Of a stretch of 64,000 bases of DNA, positions 23,378 through 33,120 are shown one piece after another; positions within the stretch are counted from its first letter, which is position 1, and every line of letters begins with the position of its first letter. This DNA comes from an uncultured Hormoscilla sp. (GTDB lineage Bacteria; Cyanobacteriota; Cyanobacteriia; Cyanobacteriales; Desertifilaceae), in NCBI GenBank assembly GCA_963921275.4, contig OZ001293.3:4480001-4544000 (forward strand). Reading direction: 5' to 3'. The translations under genes were made by a program, and so were the position numbers. The notes below the pieces were generated by a model. It was not told where the DNA came from. It was given only the letters and a program-made list of their open reading frames with translations, and searched no databases.

Positions 23378-23530
23378 GTTATTTACGTATAGGTATGTTT
23401 TTTAAGTATCTGGTGTAAAAATGGGGTTTCTGACCCCTTTTAGGGGCTCGTGGTCGGCTCGTGGTCGGCTCGTGGTCGGCTCGTGGTCGGATTTAAAGGG
23501 ATGCTTGGGAGCGGGAGGTTTACGCAGTAT
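23378..23530. repeat. Dispersed repeat with an internal 11-bp tandem (GGCTCGTGGTC x4); second copy at ~53671-53795
   Basis: Shared blocks GGTTATTTACGTATAGGTATGTT, TTTTAGGGGCTCGTGG, AAAGGGATGCTTGGGAGCGGGAG. Confidence 0.75.
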
Positions 23531-23959
23531 GGGGTCCCAGGAGACAAACAGCACTCCTAAGCCCTGCTGATAGTTCGGTTTGCTCGAGTACAAATACCTG
23601 AGAACTTAAGAACGAAGGATTATCCTGCGGGCTTGTGGGTTTATGCTGTAGAGGCACATGAAGTTAGCTCACCTCCAGGAGTAGAACCGATTAATTGGCG
23701 GTTATTAACCACCCATGAGGTCCTTTGCCTCGAACAAGCTCTGCAAGTCATTCAATGGTATTGCTGGGCCCAGAGAGCAACTCTTTGCCACTGTTAAAAC
23801 AGCCGGGTTAAATATTGAAGCCACTCAACTCGAATCGATAGAAGCTATTAAACGCTCTTCGCATTTTGGCCTTATCGGTCGCTGTGCGGACCCTACAACA
23901 GGTCCTTGGGCGAGATAACCCAGCTCTACCTGCTGGAGTTGCTTTCTCTAATCAGCAAC

Positions 23960-24183
23960 CTGAGGGGGCGACATGAGCCCTCAAAAGCTTACTAGATAAG
24001 GCTTTGAGGCCAATAGGTTCGGACAAGATACAGTCGCATCAGTACCATCCTTTCATTTTCATGAAGCTCAAACCCTTTATAACTACGTCGTCTGTCTGCC
24101 CAAAACAGCATGTATCTTGTTGAAGCTTATGGGCTGAAATTCTTACGCTCGTATGGATTTCAGCAGGCATGTCGCCCCCCCAG
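23960..24183. mobile_element. 224-bp MITE, copy 2
   Basis: Same TIR and internal sequence as 20618-20840 (diverged); 9-bp TSD ATCAGCAAC. Confidence 0.92.
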
Positions 24184-24354
24184 ATCAGCAACAACAATGT
24201 CTCGAACAACTTGCACCTTCCTTGGAAGGACGGACTTCATGGAGAGCAAAACCCTTACCCCCTAGCTTCTTTGTCGGGTAAGAGAGGACACGTCACCGTG
24301 CCTCCCTCCCCTAAGAACCGGACTTGACAGTTTCCCATCATCCGGCTCAAGCCT

Positions 24355-24510
24355 CTAAACCTCAGAATGTTTACCTTGACCGTTCTGGGTTGCACGATAT
24401 ATTCTCTGTCTCAGGTTTCTAACAGGCTTCAACACGAGTTTCCAATCAATGGACCCCCAGTCTAAAGAGCGTTCCTTCATTCCGATGTCATTGCTGACCC
24501 TATCTTTCAT
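24355..24510 (-). pseudogene. N-terminal remnant (51 aa) of a group II intron-encoded RT/maturase in D4 of I3
   Basis: [45 protein letters not shown] resembles the W..IDW…V..L..RI.RA N-terminus of chloroplast-like IEPs. Confidence 0.8.
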
Positions 24511-24975
24511 GTCGGTTCGATTCCTTTACAAGTTTTCTATCGTTGGAGACCTGCTGAAGTCTGCCATCTTTCGATGTAGGGCAAATCTTGAACCCCTATC
24601 CCTAGCATTACCAAGGGCTTTCGCTTTTTCTAGCATCCTTTACCCTCTAGGTAGTTCCGTCTTCCTTAGGGTTGACCTACTCATATCATCGACCTGACCT
24701 GAGAACCTATAGGGTTTACCCTGTTCCGTACATTTAACCTTCAACCGATTCGGATTCCACCTATATTCCGGTGAGGATTTTGCTCTCTCGTTATTAGCCC
24801 AAGGTACTGCTAATAACTTACTCACTTGCCTTTTGGCTAGACTGTATCAGCCTTATTTCACTCTTCAGACATAACGGAATTTGCAGTGATTCACAAATGT
24901 TAACCCTTTTCGGTTTTCCCCTTGCCCTTTTGCCGATTTCGGCTCTCAGTCGGAGGGCTTTCATGCCTTGCATTC

Positions 24976-25356
24976 ATTAGGGGTCGAGCTGTCCCTCGCG
25001 GGACAACCCTCCCGTTCGGAACCGTGCATGCGACTTTCACCGCACACGGCTACTGGGTACCAGGCCCTTTTCATGGGTAGGATTACTGGGGATTACTCCC
25101 GTTGTCCCTTACTACTTGCATGTTTGCCCCTTTCCTGGTTGGTGAGTGGCGCTGCCAGAAAACCTTTAGGATCACCATTTACACATCCGTTTTACCAGTA
25201 ATACATTCCGAAATCCTCAACTCGCTTGCGCTGACGCTGTGGACGGGCTTATGACATTTTAAGGCTACTTATATCAGTAGTTTCCTGATATCACCGACCC
25301 GCGTCAGCGTATCCGTGGGCATTACCCCAGGCATTAGCTTCTCGGGCCATCTTTCC
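24976..25356 (-). ncRNA. 5'-truncated ORF-less group II intron I4 nested in D1 of I3
   Basis: J2/3-D3 (GGAAAGATGGCCCGAGAAGCTAATGCC), D4, D5 AGCCGTGTGCGGTGAAAGTCGCATGCACGGTT, end GCTCGACCCCTAAT. Confidence 0.88.
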
Positions 25357-25445
25357 GTCACACACCTTGGGCAACTTGGGTCATTGCTCGATTGGGTGGC
25401 TGCGGAACGGCTATCGCTCACAACGTCCTCCAGGAATGTCTACCC

Positions 25446-26594
25446 TTAACCATCTTCTTCCCACAGCCGACGCCCAGAAGTTCCCTTCAGACGCTGATGG
25501 GTGTCGAACAGCAGGGTGGGGATATCTAGCTGTTCTGGACATCGGGGTAGACAGTCCCCGCAGCTAGTGCACCGGTTGCCTTTCCTGCCCGGAAACCAAT
25601 GACCTGCATTTTCAAACATTCCATATCTATATTTTCCATACTCGTTCATGTCGTAGGCAACTGCTAAATTCCGCAGCCGCAATACTTCGGGAATGTTGAT
25701 CTTTTCTGGACAAGGTAAACAGCCATAGCATTGAGAGCACTTGCTTGGGCCCAATGCTGTCACTAGCTGCTTTTCTAAACCCTCTAAAACTGCTATTTCA
25801 TCTGTTGTTAACTCTTCTACCCGATCACCCACTTGCGGAGGTGCAGTGAGTTCCTCTGGGGTGGCGGGACCGACGCTGAGGGTGGTTATGCCCCGATCGC
25901 CCAACAAAAAGCGGTAATTCAATTCCAGGGGCGAAAAGGGATAGCATAGCTGTTGTAACCTAGGGGGCGGATTGTAGAGCAGACCTCCTTTATCTGCTGG
26001 TGAAATAATGAAGATGCCCATATCCTTTTCCCGGGCTAATTTCACTGCCCGAGCATTTCGCTGAAAAAATAAGTAATAATGCAGATTGACAAAGGCAAAT
26101 AAATCTGTATTAATTGCCGCCATTATCACCTCAAGGGGGGCGTGAGTAGAAAAGCCCACATGTCCTACCCTTCCAGATGCGATCGCCCTTTCCACAGCTT
26201 GCATACAGCCAGTCGGCGATTCGATCCAGATCAAATGTTCCCAAGTATTTAAGCCATGAATCGCCAGACAATCGATATAATTAACCTGCAAGCGTTCCAG
26301 AGAATCATCAATCCACCGCTCCATTTTAGCAGCCTCAGCAGTTGGCGGCAGCTTAGTAGTGATGTATAGTTGCTGTTTCGGTTTAAGAGTATCCAAGACA
26401 GCACCCAGATATTGCTCGCTTTTCCCGTATCCTCTGGCCGTTTCTAGATGATTAATCCCTAAGGATATAGCCCGTTCTACAGTCGATCGCAGATTTTCCA
26501 AAGATGCTAGAGGTCGCATCGTTCCGAGGGAAAACACTGACAAACGTAGATTTGTTTTCCCAAAACGTCGATATTGCATAACCTTAAAAGTCAA
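25446..26594 (-). CDS. Aldo/keto reductase with C-terminal 4Fe-4S domain
   Basis: YRRFGKT, ETARGYGKSE, GFSTH, CSQCYGCLPCP and CTSCGDCLPRCP. Confidence 0.92.
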   Translation of the reverse strand: MTFKVMQYRRFGKTNLRLSVFSLGTMRPLASLENLRSTVERAISLGINHLETARGYGKSEQYLGAVLDTLKPKQQLYITTKLPPTAEAAKMERWIDDSLERLQVNYIDCLAIHGLNTWEHLIWIESPTGCMQAVERAIASGRVGHVGFSTHAPLEVIMAAINTDLFAFVNLHYYLFFQRNARAVKLAREKDMGIFIISPADKGGLLYNPPPRLQQLCYPFSPLELNYRFLLGDRGITTLSVGPATPEELTAPPQVGDRVEELTTDEIAVLEGLEKQLVTALGPSKCSQCYGCLPCPEKINIPEVLRLRNLAVAYDMNEYGKYRYGMFENAGHWFPGRKGNRCTSCGDCLPRCPEQLDIPTLLFDTHQRLKGTSGRRLWEEDG

Positions 26595-26834
26595 TAGTCA
26601 ATAGTTATCAATTAAAAACTATTGATTTTGAGATTTGAGATTTGAGATTTGAGAACGGTAGATTTATTTCTTCATTTCCATTCTCAATAAGCAATTGGGT
26701 CTCCTGGGTTTTTAGCGATAAGTAAAACTTATATGTATGGAAAATCAAGTCTTTCAGCCTTTTTTCTTTATCAAAATTGTATCACAACAAAATACCAAAA
26801 ACCCAGGAGAGCCAAGCACTTTCCCATTCACAAT

Positions 26835-27329
26835 TCAATTTATCTTGCGTCCTCTCTCGATAAAATCCTCTGGTCGGAGGTTGGAAACAAAATCCCGGAA
26901 AGCTTTGCGTTCCGCTTCGTCTGCGTCTTGATCGACCGGAATTGAGGCATCGGCAATCACTTCTTCCATCACCCAGATGGGCGTTCCTGTGCGGATCGCC
27001 AGGGCGATCGCATCACTAGGACGGGCATCGATATCTTTTTTCTCATCACCCTGACGCACCGTCAGGACAGCATAGAATGTGTTGTCCTGGAGGGAGTGAA
27101 CGATCACCCGATCGAGGGCCATCTCCCAGGCTGACATAATATTGACCATCAGGTCGTGAGTCAAAGGTCGCGGGGGACTTTGCCTTTCCAGCGCATTTAT
27201 AATTGCCCTGGCCTGGTCTTGACCGATATAAATTGGTAAGGCCCTGCGGTCCGTGGTATCTTTTAACAGGACGATCGGGCTGCGCGTGCCCGCATCCAAT
27301 GCTATTCCAGCGACTTTCATCTCAATCAT
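26835..27329 (-). CDS. Bifunctional nuclease family protein (DUF151)
   Basis: LPIYIG, RPLTHDL, DARPSDAIALA. Confidence 0.93.
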   Translation of the reverse strand: MIEMKVAGIALDAGTRSPIVLLKDTTDRRALPIYIGQDQARAIINALERQSPPRPLTHDLMVNIMSAWEMALDRVIVHSLQDNTFYAVLTVRQGDEKKDIDARPSDAIALAIRTGTPIWVMEEVIADASIPVDQDADEAERKAFRDFVSNLRPEDFIERGRKIN

Positions 27330-28054
27330 GGGCTGAGCCTCTAGATCCTCCGTTTTACATGTTCTCCTATCTTAGGGAAATACATTAGAACCGTTTTTTC
27401 TCTGACGTGGAAACCGGGTAAAAGCCAAGTTTTTATACCATTTTAACTTAATGATGATACAATTAGTAACTCCTTAAGTATCTCATAATCCTGTTGCCGA
27501 GCCCCCCAACCCCCCTTTCCAAAAGGGCTTATATAAGCCCCCCTTACTAAGGGGGAGCTCTTAACTGTTTCATCACTTTATAAAATTGCGAGCATACGAT
27601 CTCCACCTATTCAGCTAATGTACCCGATCGGGTTGCGGGTGGGGGGATTTCTCCGGCAAATATCCTATACTTAACCGGCTGTCCGGGCTGCTATCACCCC
27701 CCAACAAGAGTGGGTACAGCCTTAGAGGAATTTTAACTATATTTGTCATACTTTTATGCTTCATCCCATCCCGATGACTTTCCGATCTCACTTTTGGCAT
27801 CCCTTGGGAGCGCCTTAAGCACTACCCAAGGGATGCCGCCGAGAGATTTCCCGATCGTCCGGTGGCGGCTAGCGGTTGGACCTGGCGGTTCTAACTTTGG
27901 TTCTAACACAACCATCATCCTTTTGCTCTGATGCGCTGCTATTGTATCATGCGATCGCCATCGACTAGATCGTCGGCTCATATTAGGTGTATTTTGTAGT
28001 GTAACCTTATTTCCCAGCGGGAAATCTCAAATCTCTGTTAAAAAATCATCGATC

Positions 28055-28708
28055 GTGTTTACTGGATTAGTTCAAGCAAGAGGCACCCTGAAGCCTTTCG
28101 GGGAAAACCAGCTACAGATCGAGTCCGAGTCGCACTCGATCTTGCAAGACTTGGCCCTAGGTGACAGTGTAGCAGTAGATGGTGTGTGCCTGACCGTGGA
28201 AAAGATTCTTCCTGCCAGCTTCGTGGTTGCTGTCTCACCCGAAACCCTCCGCCGTACCACTCTGGGACGCCAGCTGCTTGCGCAGGGTCGCGTCAATCTG
28301 GAAACTTCTTTGCGAGTGGGTAGTAAGCTGGGGGGACATTTTGTCACAGGTCATGTGGACGGAACCGGTTGCTTACAGGAGTCGGTATCCACTGCTACAT
28401 CCTGGGAGATGAGTTTTACGGCAACTGCAGCGGAGGTTTCTCGCTACATTGTCTCCAAAGGCAGTATCGCTATCAACGGCGTGAGTCTGACGGTGGCCGA
28501 GTGCAATTCCACTGGCACTTGGTTCAAAATTGCGGTCATTCCCCATACTTTTGCCGAAACTAACCTGCGTGACCTGGGCCTGGGCAGTTGGGTGAATCTG
28601 GAAGGGGATATCCTGGGCAAATATGTGGAAAAATTCCTTCGGTCTGGCCAGTTACCCTCTACAGCTGAGATTACACCCAGTTTTCTGGCAGAACATGGAT
28701 ATCTTTAG
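28055..28708 (+). CDS. ribE: Riboflavin synthase alpha chain
   Basis: MFTGLV start, GDSVAVDGVCLTV, GGHFVTGHVDG, VNLEGDILGKYV. Confidence 0.95.
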   Translation: MFTGLVQARGTLKPFGENQLQIESESHSILQDLALGDSVAVDGVCLTVEKILPASFVVAVSPETLRRTTLGRQLLAQGRVNLETSLRVGSKLGGHFVTGHVDGTGCLQESVSTATSWEMSFTATAAEVSRYIVSKGSIAINGVSLTVAECNSTGTWFKIAVIPHTFAETNLRDLGLGSWVNLEGDILGKYVEKFLRSGQLPSTAEITPSFLAEHGYL

Positions 28709-28783
28709 GTTGATGAATAGCGAATGGGAAATGGCGATATGATACAATCGTAATTGTACAAAATAGATCGGGAGCTAACATTC

Positions 28784-30227
28784 ATGTCTCTGTGCGATTC
28801 GTTCTAGCCTAACGTGGTCAAACACGGAACGCTAGCCCGGTTTCATTAGCCGGGAACTCTGACCGCATGGGGGTTAAATTCCCCTCCCCCCAGGTACGGG
28901 GGTGACACCGGTCCTCGGTGCTACGAAGCGACATCATCGTGGTGCTAAGCGAGGACTCAAATGTAGGATAACTGGCAGCCTAAGCCGGTGACGCCGCTAG
29001 GAAAGATATCCAAGGTTAGAGCAGGCAAACATGTGCAAGCCTCGTTATAAGGAACCAGCGAAATAAGGCTATATGCGCTGGCCTAAAAAGGAAATGGTAG
29101 CTAGTATTAGTTTTAGACTCTGGCTAATATAGTACTCAAATAGCTCCCGGGGTATAGTGTGGACCTAAAGGTATCGCGAAATGTTGTTAGGGAACGAAGT
29201 AACCTCTCGTGTGCTGTCCATCAGGACAAGTTAGATGTTAAGCGCAAGCCACGGGGGGAGGGATGGCCCAAGAAGCGAATGCCCGGGGTAATTCCTGGGA
29301 TAACATCTACAGTAATGTAGATGATGCTGGGTAGCCAGCGCTGACGTGGGTCGGTGATACTAGGAAGCTGCTGGAATGAGTAATCCTAAAAAGCCACGGA
29401 ACTAATCCGAAACGCAAGTGGAGGATAAGGTATGGATAACTGGTAAAACTGACTTGAAAATGGTGATACTAACGGTTATCAGAACAACCACTCGCTAAAC
29501 CAGGAAAGGGAAGAAAAGACAGGCGGCAAGGGCTAACGGAAGTAATTCCTATTAAGTCTACCTATGAAAAGGGCCTAGTACCCAGTAGCCGGATGCGGTG
29601 AAAATCGCAAGTCCGGTTCCGAAAGGGAGGGTCGGGAAGCGATTCCCGGCTCGACCCCATCCAACCATTGCCGACCTAGAACAACTCCAAACCCAATTGG
29701 CTGATGCCCATCTTGATTACAAGATGGAATTAGTCGATGGTAAAATTATCATTATGGGACTTTCAGATTATCTTTCTGAAGAAATCATCGCTCGATTAAT
29801 CACTTTTCTCAATATCTGGATACTTCCCCGCAAGTTGGGACGAGTCACTGGTTCTTCTGCTGGCTTCAGACTGCCCGATGGCAACTTGCGCGGACCTGAT
29901 GTCTCTTTTGTCCCCGCTGAGAAAATGCGTCAATCTCCTAGGAGTTTTGCGGAAATTGTACCAGACTTGATGTTTGAAGTTAGGTCTTCTACAGATAATG
30001 TTAGACCACTATTACAGAAAATCCAGAGATTTATCGAATTGGGGACGCAAGTTGGCATATTTGTAGACCCCAAAAATTTGACCGTAACTGTTTATCGTCC
30101 TACTGCCGAACCTATTCTGCTCAAAGATGATGATATCTTAACTATACCCGAATTCTTGCCCGGTTGGGAATTGCCCATTGACCAAATCTGGCCTCCAGTT
30201 TTTGCACCAGAAAATATTCAACCGTAA
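28784..30227 (+). CDS. Uma2/DUF820-family endonuclease split by intron I5 (exon 1 28784-28791; exon 2 29663-30227)
   Basis: GGAG RBS, then ATG TCT CT | A ACC ATT GCC gives MSLTIADLEQLQ…ELVDGKIIIMG…GFRLPDGNLRGPDVSF…PDLMFEVRS. Confidence 0.8.
28792..29662 (+). ncRNA. ORF-less group II intron I5, full length, apparently identical to I1
   Basis: GTGCGATTCGTTC … GCTCGACCCCATCC; same length, and by eye the same sequence as the reverse complement of 11719-12589. Confidence 0.93.
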
Positions 30228-30235
30228 AAGCAAAG

Positions 30236-30358
30236 AGGCAGAGCCTCCCAATGGGCGTTACCTGCCGGAGACAGGGAACGAGGGGAACGAGGGGATTTGA
30301 GAGCGGCAGGCAGAGCCTCCCAATGGGCGTTCCCTGCCAGAGACAGGGAACGAGGGGA
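30236..30358. repeat. Two direct copies of a REP-like cyanobacterial intergenic repeat
   Basis: AGGCAGAGCCTCCCAATGGGCGTT(A/C)CCTGCC(G/A)GAGACAGGGAACGAGGGG twice, between convergent genes. Confidence 0.7.
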
Positions 30359-30381
30359 TGGACAAGCAATAAATGGTAAGG

Positions 30382-31210
30382 TTATGAATCTTTCCTGACT
30401 TTAACAATGGGCATGTCTTCAGGTGCGATCTCCTGGAACCCTAACTTCTTCAGTTTATTGAGGGCTTTTTCTGCTGGAGAATTATCTTCTTCCGCTGGTG
30501 CAACCGCCGCTGTTTCCCAAGTCTGGACGAGTTCAGCTAAGGCGTATTCTAATTGCGCCCCCGGATCTAATGTTACCCAACCTTCGGAGGTCAGTTCCCG
30601 CAGTTCAAAGTGCAGGTGCGGTCCTGTGGAATAGCCGCTGCTGCCCACACTGCCGATTATACTGCCTTGCTTGACTTCTTCTCCAGGTTGGACGAAGATT
30701 TCTGATAGGTGCGCGTACAGGGTTTGTTGAAGGGGTTTCTCTGGTTGGGCATGTTCTAGCACAACTGATAACCCATAGCCTTTCAGGGCGTCCGCGATTG
30801 CGACTTTTCCGGCCAATGCTGCTAACACTGGGGTCCCCGATATCCGTGCCGTGGTGGAACTGTTCCGATCCTGAGATCGGATGGGTCCGCCAACCAAACA
30901 AGGAAGTAATCGGTGAGGGAATTGATAAGGGAAAGATGATGCTATCATTGCCACGATCGGGACGGAGGTTGGGTCGAATCAGCTGATAGTAACTGCGACC
31001 TATGGGCGTTGCATCCCCATATTCGATCTCACTGGGACTGTAACTTGCTGGTCCGAGATTTACTTCCCCCCCTGGTGATTTTTGGCCTTGGCAAGGCCCG
31101 CTGATGCTGCGGCCTCCATACCGGGATGGGAGCTGATTTGGGACGCCAAACCGGTGGCTGGTAACTTGTCCTGGATCTTACGGTCACTGGTGCTGGTGGC
31201 GGGCGGAGCC
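30382..31210 (-). pseudogene. M23 peptidase (NlpD-like), frameshifted and 5'-truncated
   Basis: ITSLFGWRTHPI…HHGTDIG and TPVLAA…TLYAHLS…STGPHLHFE lie in different frames. Confidence 0.85.
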
Positions 31211-33092
31211 ACATCGCCGTGGTGCTAAGCGAGGACTCAAATGTAGGATAGCTGGTAGCCTAAACCGGTGACTCCGCGCTTGTTAGATGCCCAAGGTTAG
31301 AATAAGCGAACCTATGTAAACTTCGTAAATGGGAACCGGCGAAATAAGGCTTTATGCGCCGGAGACAAAAGTCAATGTAGTTAGTGTTAGTTTTGTACTT
31401 TGGCTAACATCGTACTCGGATAACTACCGGAGGAAAGTAGGGGCCTAAAGGTATCGTGAAATGATATCAGGGAACGAAGTAACCTCTCGTGAGCTGTCCT
31501 CATATGGACAAGTTAGATGTAAAGCGCAAGCCACGAGGGGAGAGATGGCCCAAGAAGCTAATGCCTGGCGGTGTCTGGAGCATGCCGTATCCCTTGCGGG
31601 AGCGCCAGCCGTTCGCGGCAGCGCGGCGCCAGCCGTGTCCTTCAGGACAAGAGCATGCGGAAGACGCCGGGTAATTCCTATGGATATGCTGACGTGGGTC
31701 GGTGATAGATAGAATCTTTGGGTGAAAGTAGCCTTAAATGTTCTAGACCAGGAGAAATCCTAGGTAGTTAATTTTGGACTAAAGACCTAACCGGGTAAAA
31801 CTTGGAGAACCTAGTAAATTAACTCAAGTTGCGACCTATAAAAATTGGATACAAAAAGCTATGATAAAGAGAATTATTTTCAACTCTAATCCCTTAGATG
31901 TAACAGCATGAATTGACTTGGGAAACAAATTTGTGATTCGACTAAAACAGGTTTCAACTTGTTTTCTTGTTACTTTTTGTATATATTCAAAACAAGAATA
32001 TTCTTTTCTTTTTGAGTTCTTTTTTCGCAAAGGTTTTAACATTATACTTGACGACTCTTTTAGTAAATCCTCTAATTGATAATCATTATAAGCTTTATCT
32101 CCATAAACTATTGAATTTGATGGTAAGTCAAAGCCAAAAGATTGCAAAACTTTAACATCATTATAACTACCAAGATCTAGATAAAATTATATTGGCTTTC
32201 CATTTTTGTTTACCAACATATGAACTCTTAATCCATAAAAATAACGTTTTTTACTGGCAATATACCCTCGATATTCTTCCTTGTTATAAATTTGGCATCT
32301 ATCAATCCTAATATTATCACATACTGGCACCGGGAAACTATCAAGAATATATTCTTGACCCGGATTGAGCTCTTTAAATGTTTGAGCTATAACTTGGAAG
32401 AAAAACATCCAAATTGGTTCCTCAATATTGTGTAATCGACGATTGAACCTACTTTTACTTAACAGATTTTTTATATACTTGTGTTGGACCATAAATTGAC
32501 AAGAGCGATCGTGGTGTCCTCCGAAAAAATATGCAGCAACTAATCCGACTGTCATCACTTCGGCATTGTTCATTTTTACTTGTGGATCTTCTTTTATATT
32601 TAACGCTTTTAGTAGCTCGTCACAAAGAACAAAAATTGTTGTAATCATATCTTCCATCATCTACATCCCCCAGCAATTAACTATTATTTTAGTACATTAT
32701 AACCTATAAACAGCCAACCCGCCGTCTAGCACAAAAAAAATATAATTTTGTATCAAAAGCTACGAAATATCCCAAATATCTGTAAAGTCTAAGTGGGTAA
32801 TTCATATTTTTTTAATAGGTCGCAACTTAGGTTAAATTAGGTAAATGTTAGTAAAGAGCGGTCTATATGGGTTGGTACTGTTATCCCCCGCGAACCTTCC
32901 GGAGTTAAGCATTTATCTAGTCTGAGACTAACCATAAGGGGTTCCATTGCATGAGGAAAGGAACAAAGGGAGTAATCCTGAGTAATTCTACCCATGACAA
33001 GGGCTATCTACCCAGTAGCCGTGTGCGGCTCCAGTCGCATGCACGGTTCCTCAAGGGAGGGTCGGGAGGCGACAATAGGCTCGACCCCGACT
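31211..33092 (+). ncRNA. 5'-truncated ORF-less group II intron I6 with an IS982 insertion in D4
   Basis: Homologous to I5 from ~nt 140; EBS1 loop GTACTT; D3 GGCCCAAGAAGCTAATGCC; D5 AGCCGTGTGCGGCTCCAGTCGCATGCACGGTT (loop mutated); end TCGACCCCGACT. Confidence 0.87.
31822..32832 (-). mobile_element. IS982-family element, copy 2 (nonsense codon at 32187)
   Basis: Same TIRs as copy 1; TSD TAAATTA; transposase split into 32187-32660 and 31836-32147. Confidence 0.92.
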
Positions 33093-33120
33093 TCCTTAGT
33101 CTATGACTTTTTTAAGGCTA

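Larger units (their letters stand above)
24273..25363 (-). ncRNA. Group II intron I3 (second, chloroplast-like family) with an internally deleted IEP; outer member of a twintron; part of D1 deleted
   Basis: D5 GAGCCGGATGATGGGAAACTGTCAAGTCCGGTTC; end TTACCCGAC. The 5' GTGTGAC at 25363 is preceded by CCAAGGT, complementary to the EBS1 loop ACCTTGG. Confidence 0.85.

Noticed and set aside
29598..29662. N-terminus of the 209-aa ORF (MKIASPVPKGRVGKRFPARPH)
   Set aside because: It is intron D5/D6 read in frame; the likely real start is the ATG at 28784 upstream of the intron.
11719..29662. I1 and I5 as ends of a composite transposon or an already inverted segment
   Set aside because: Each has its own coherent exon pair (Uma2 rejoins across I5; EBS/IBS match at I1), indicating independent insertions.
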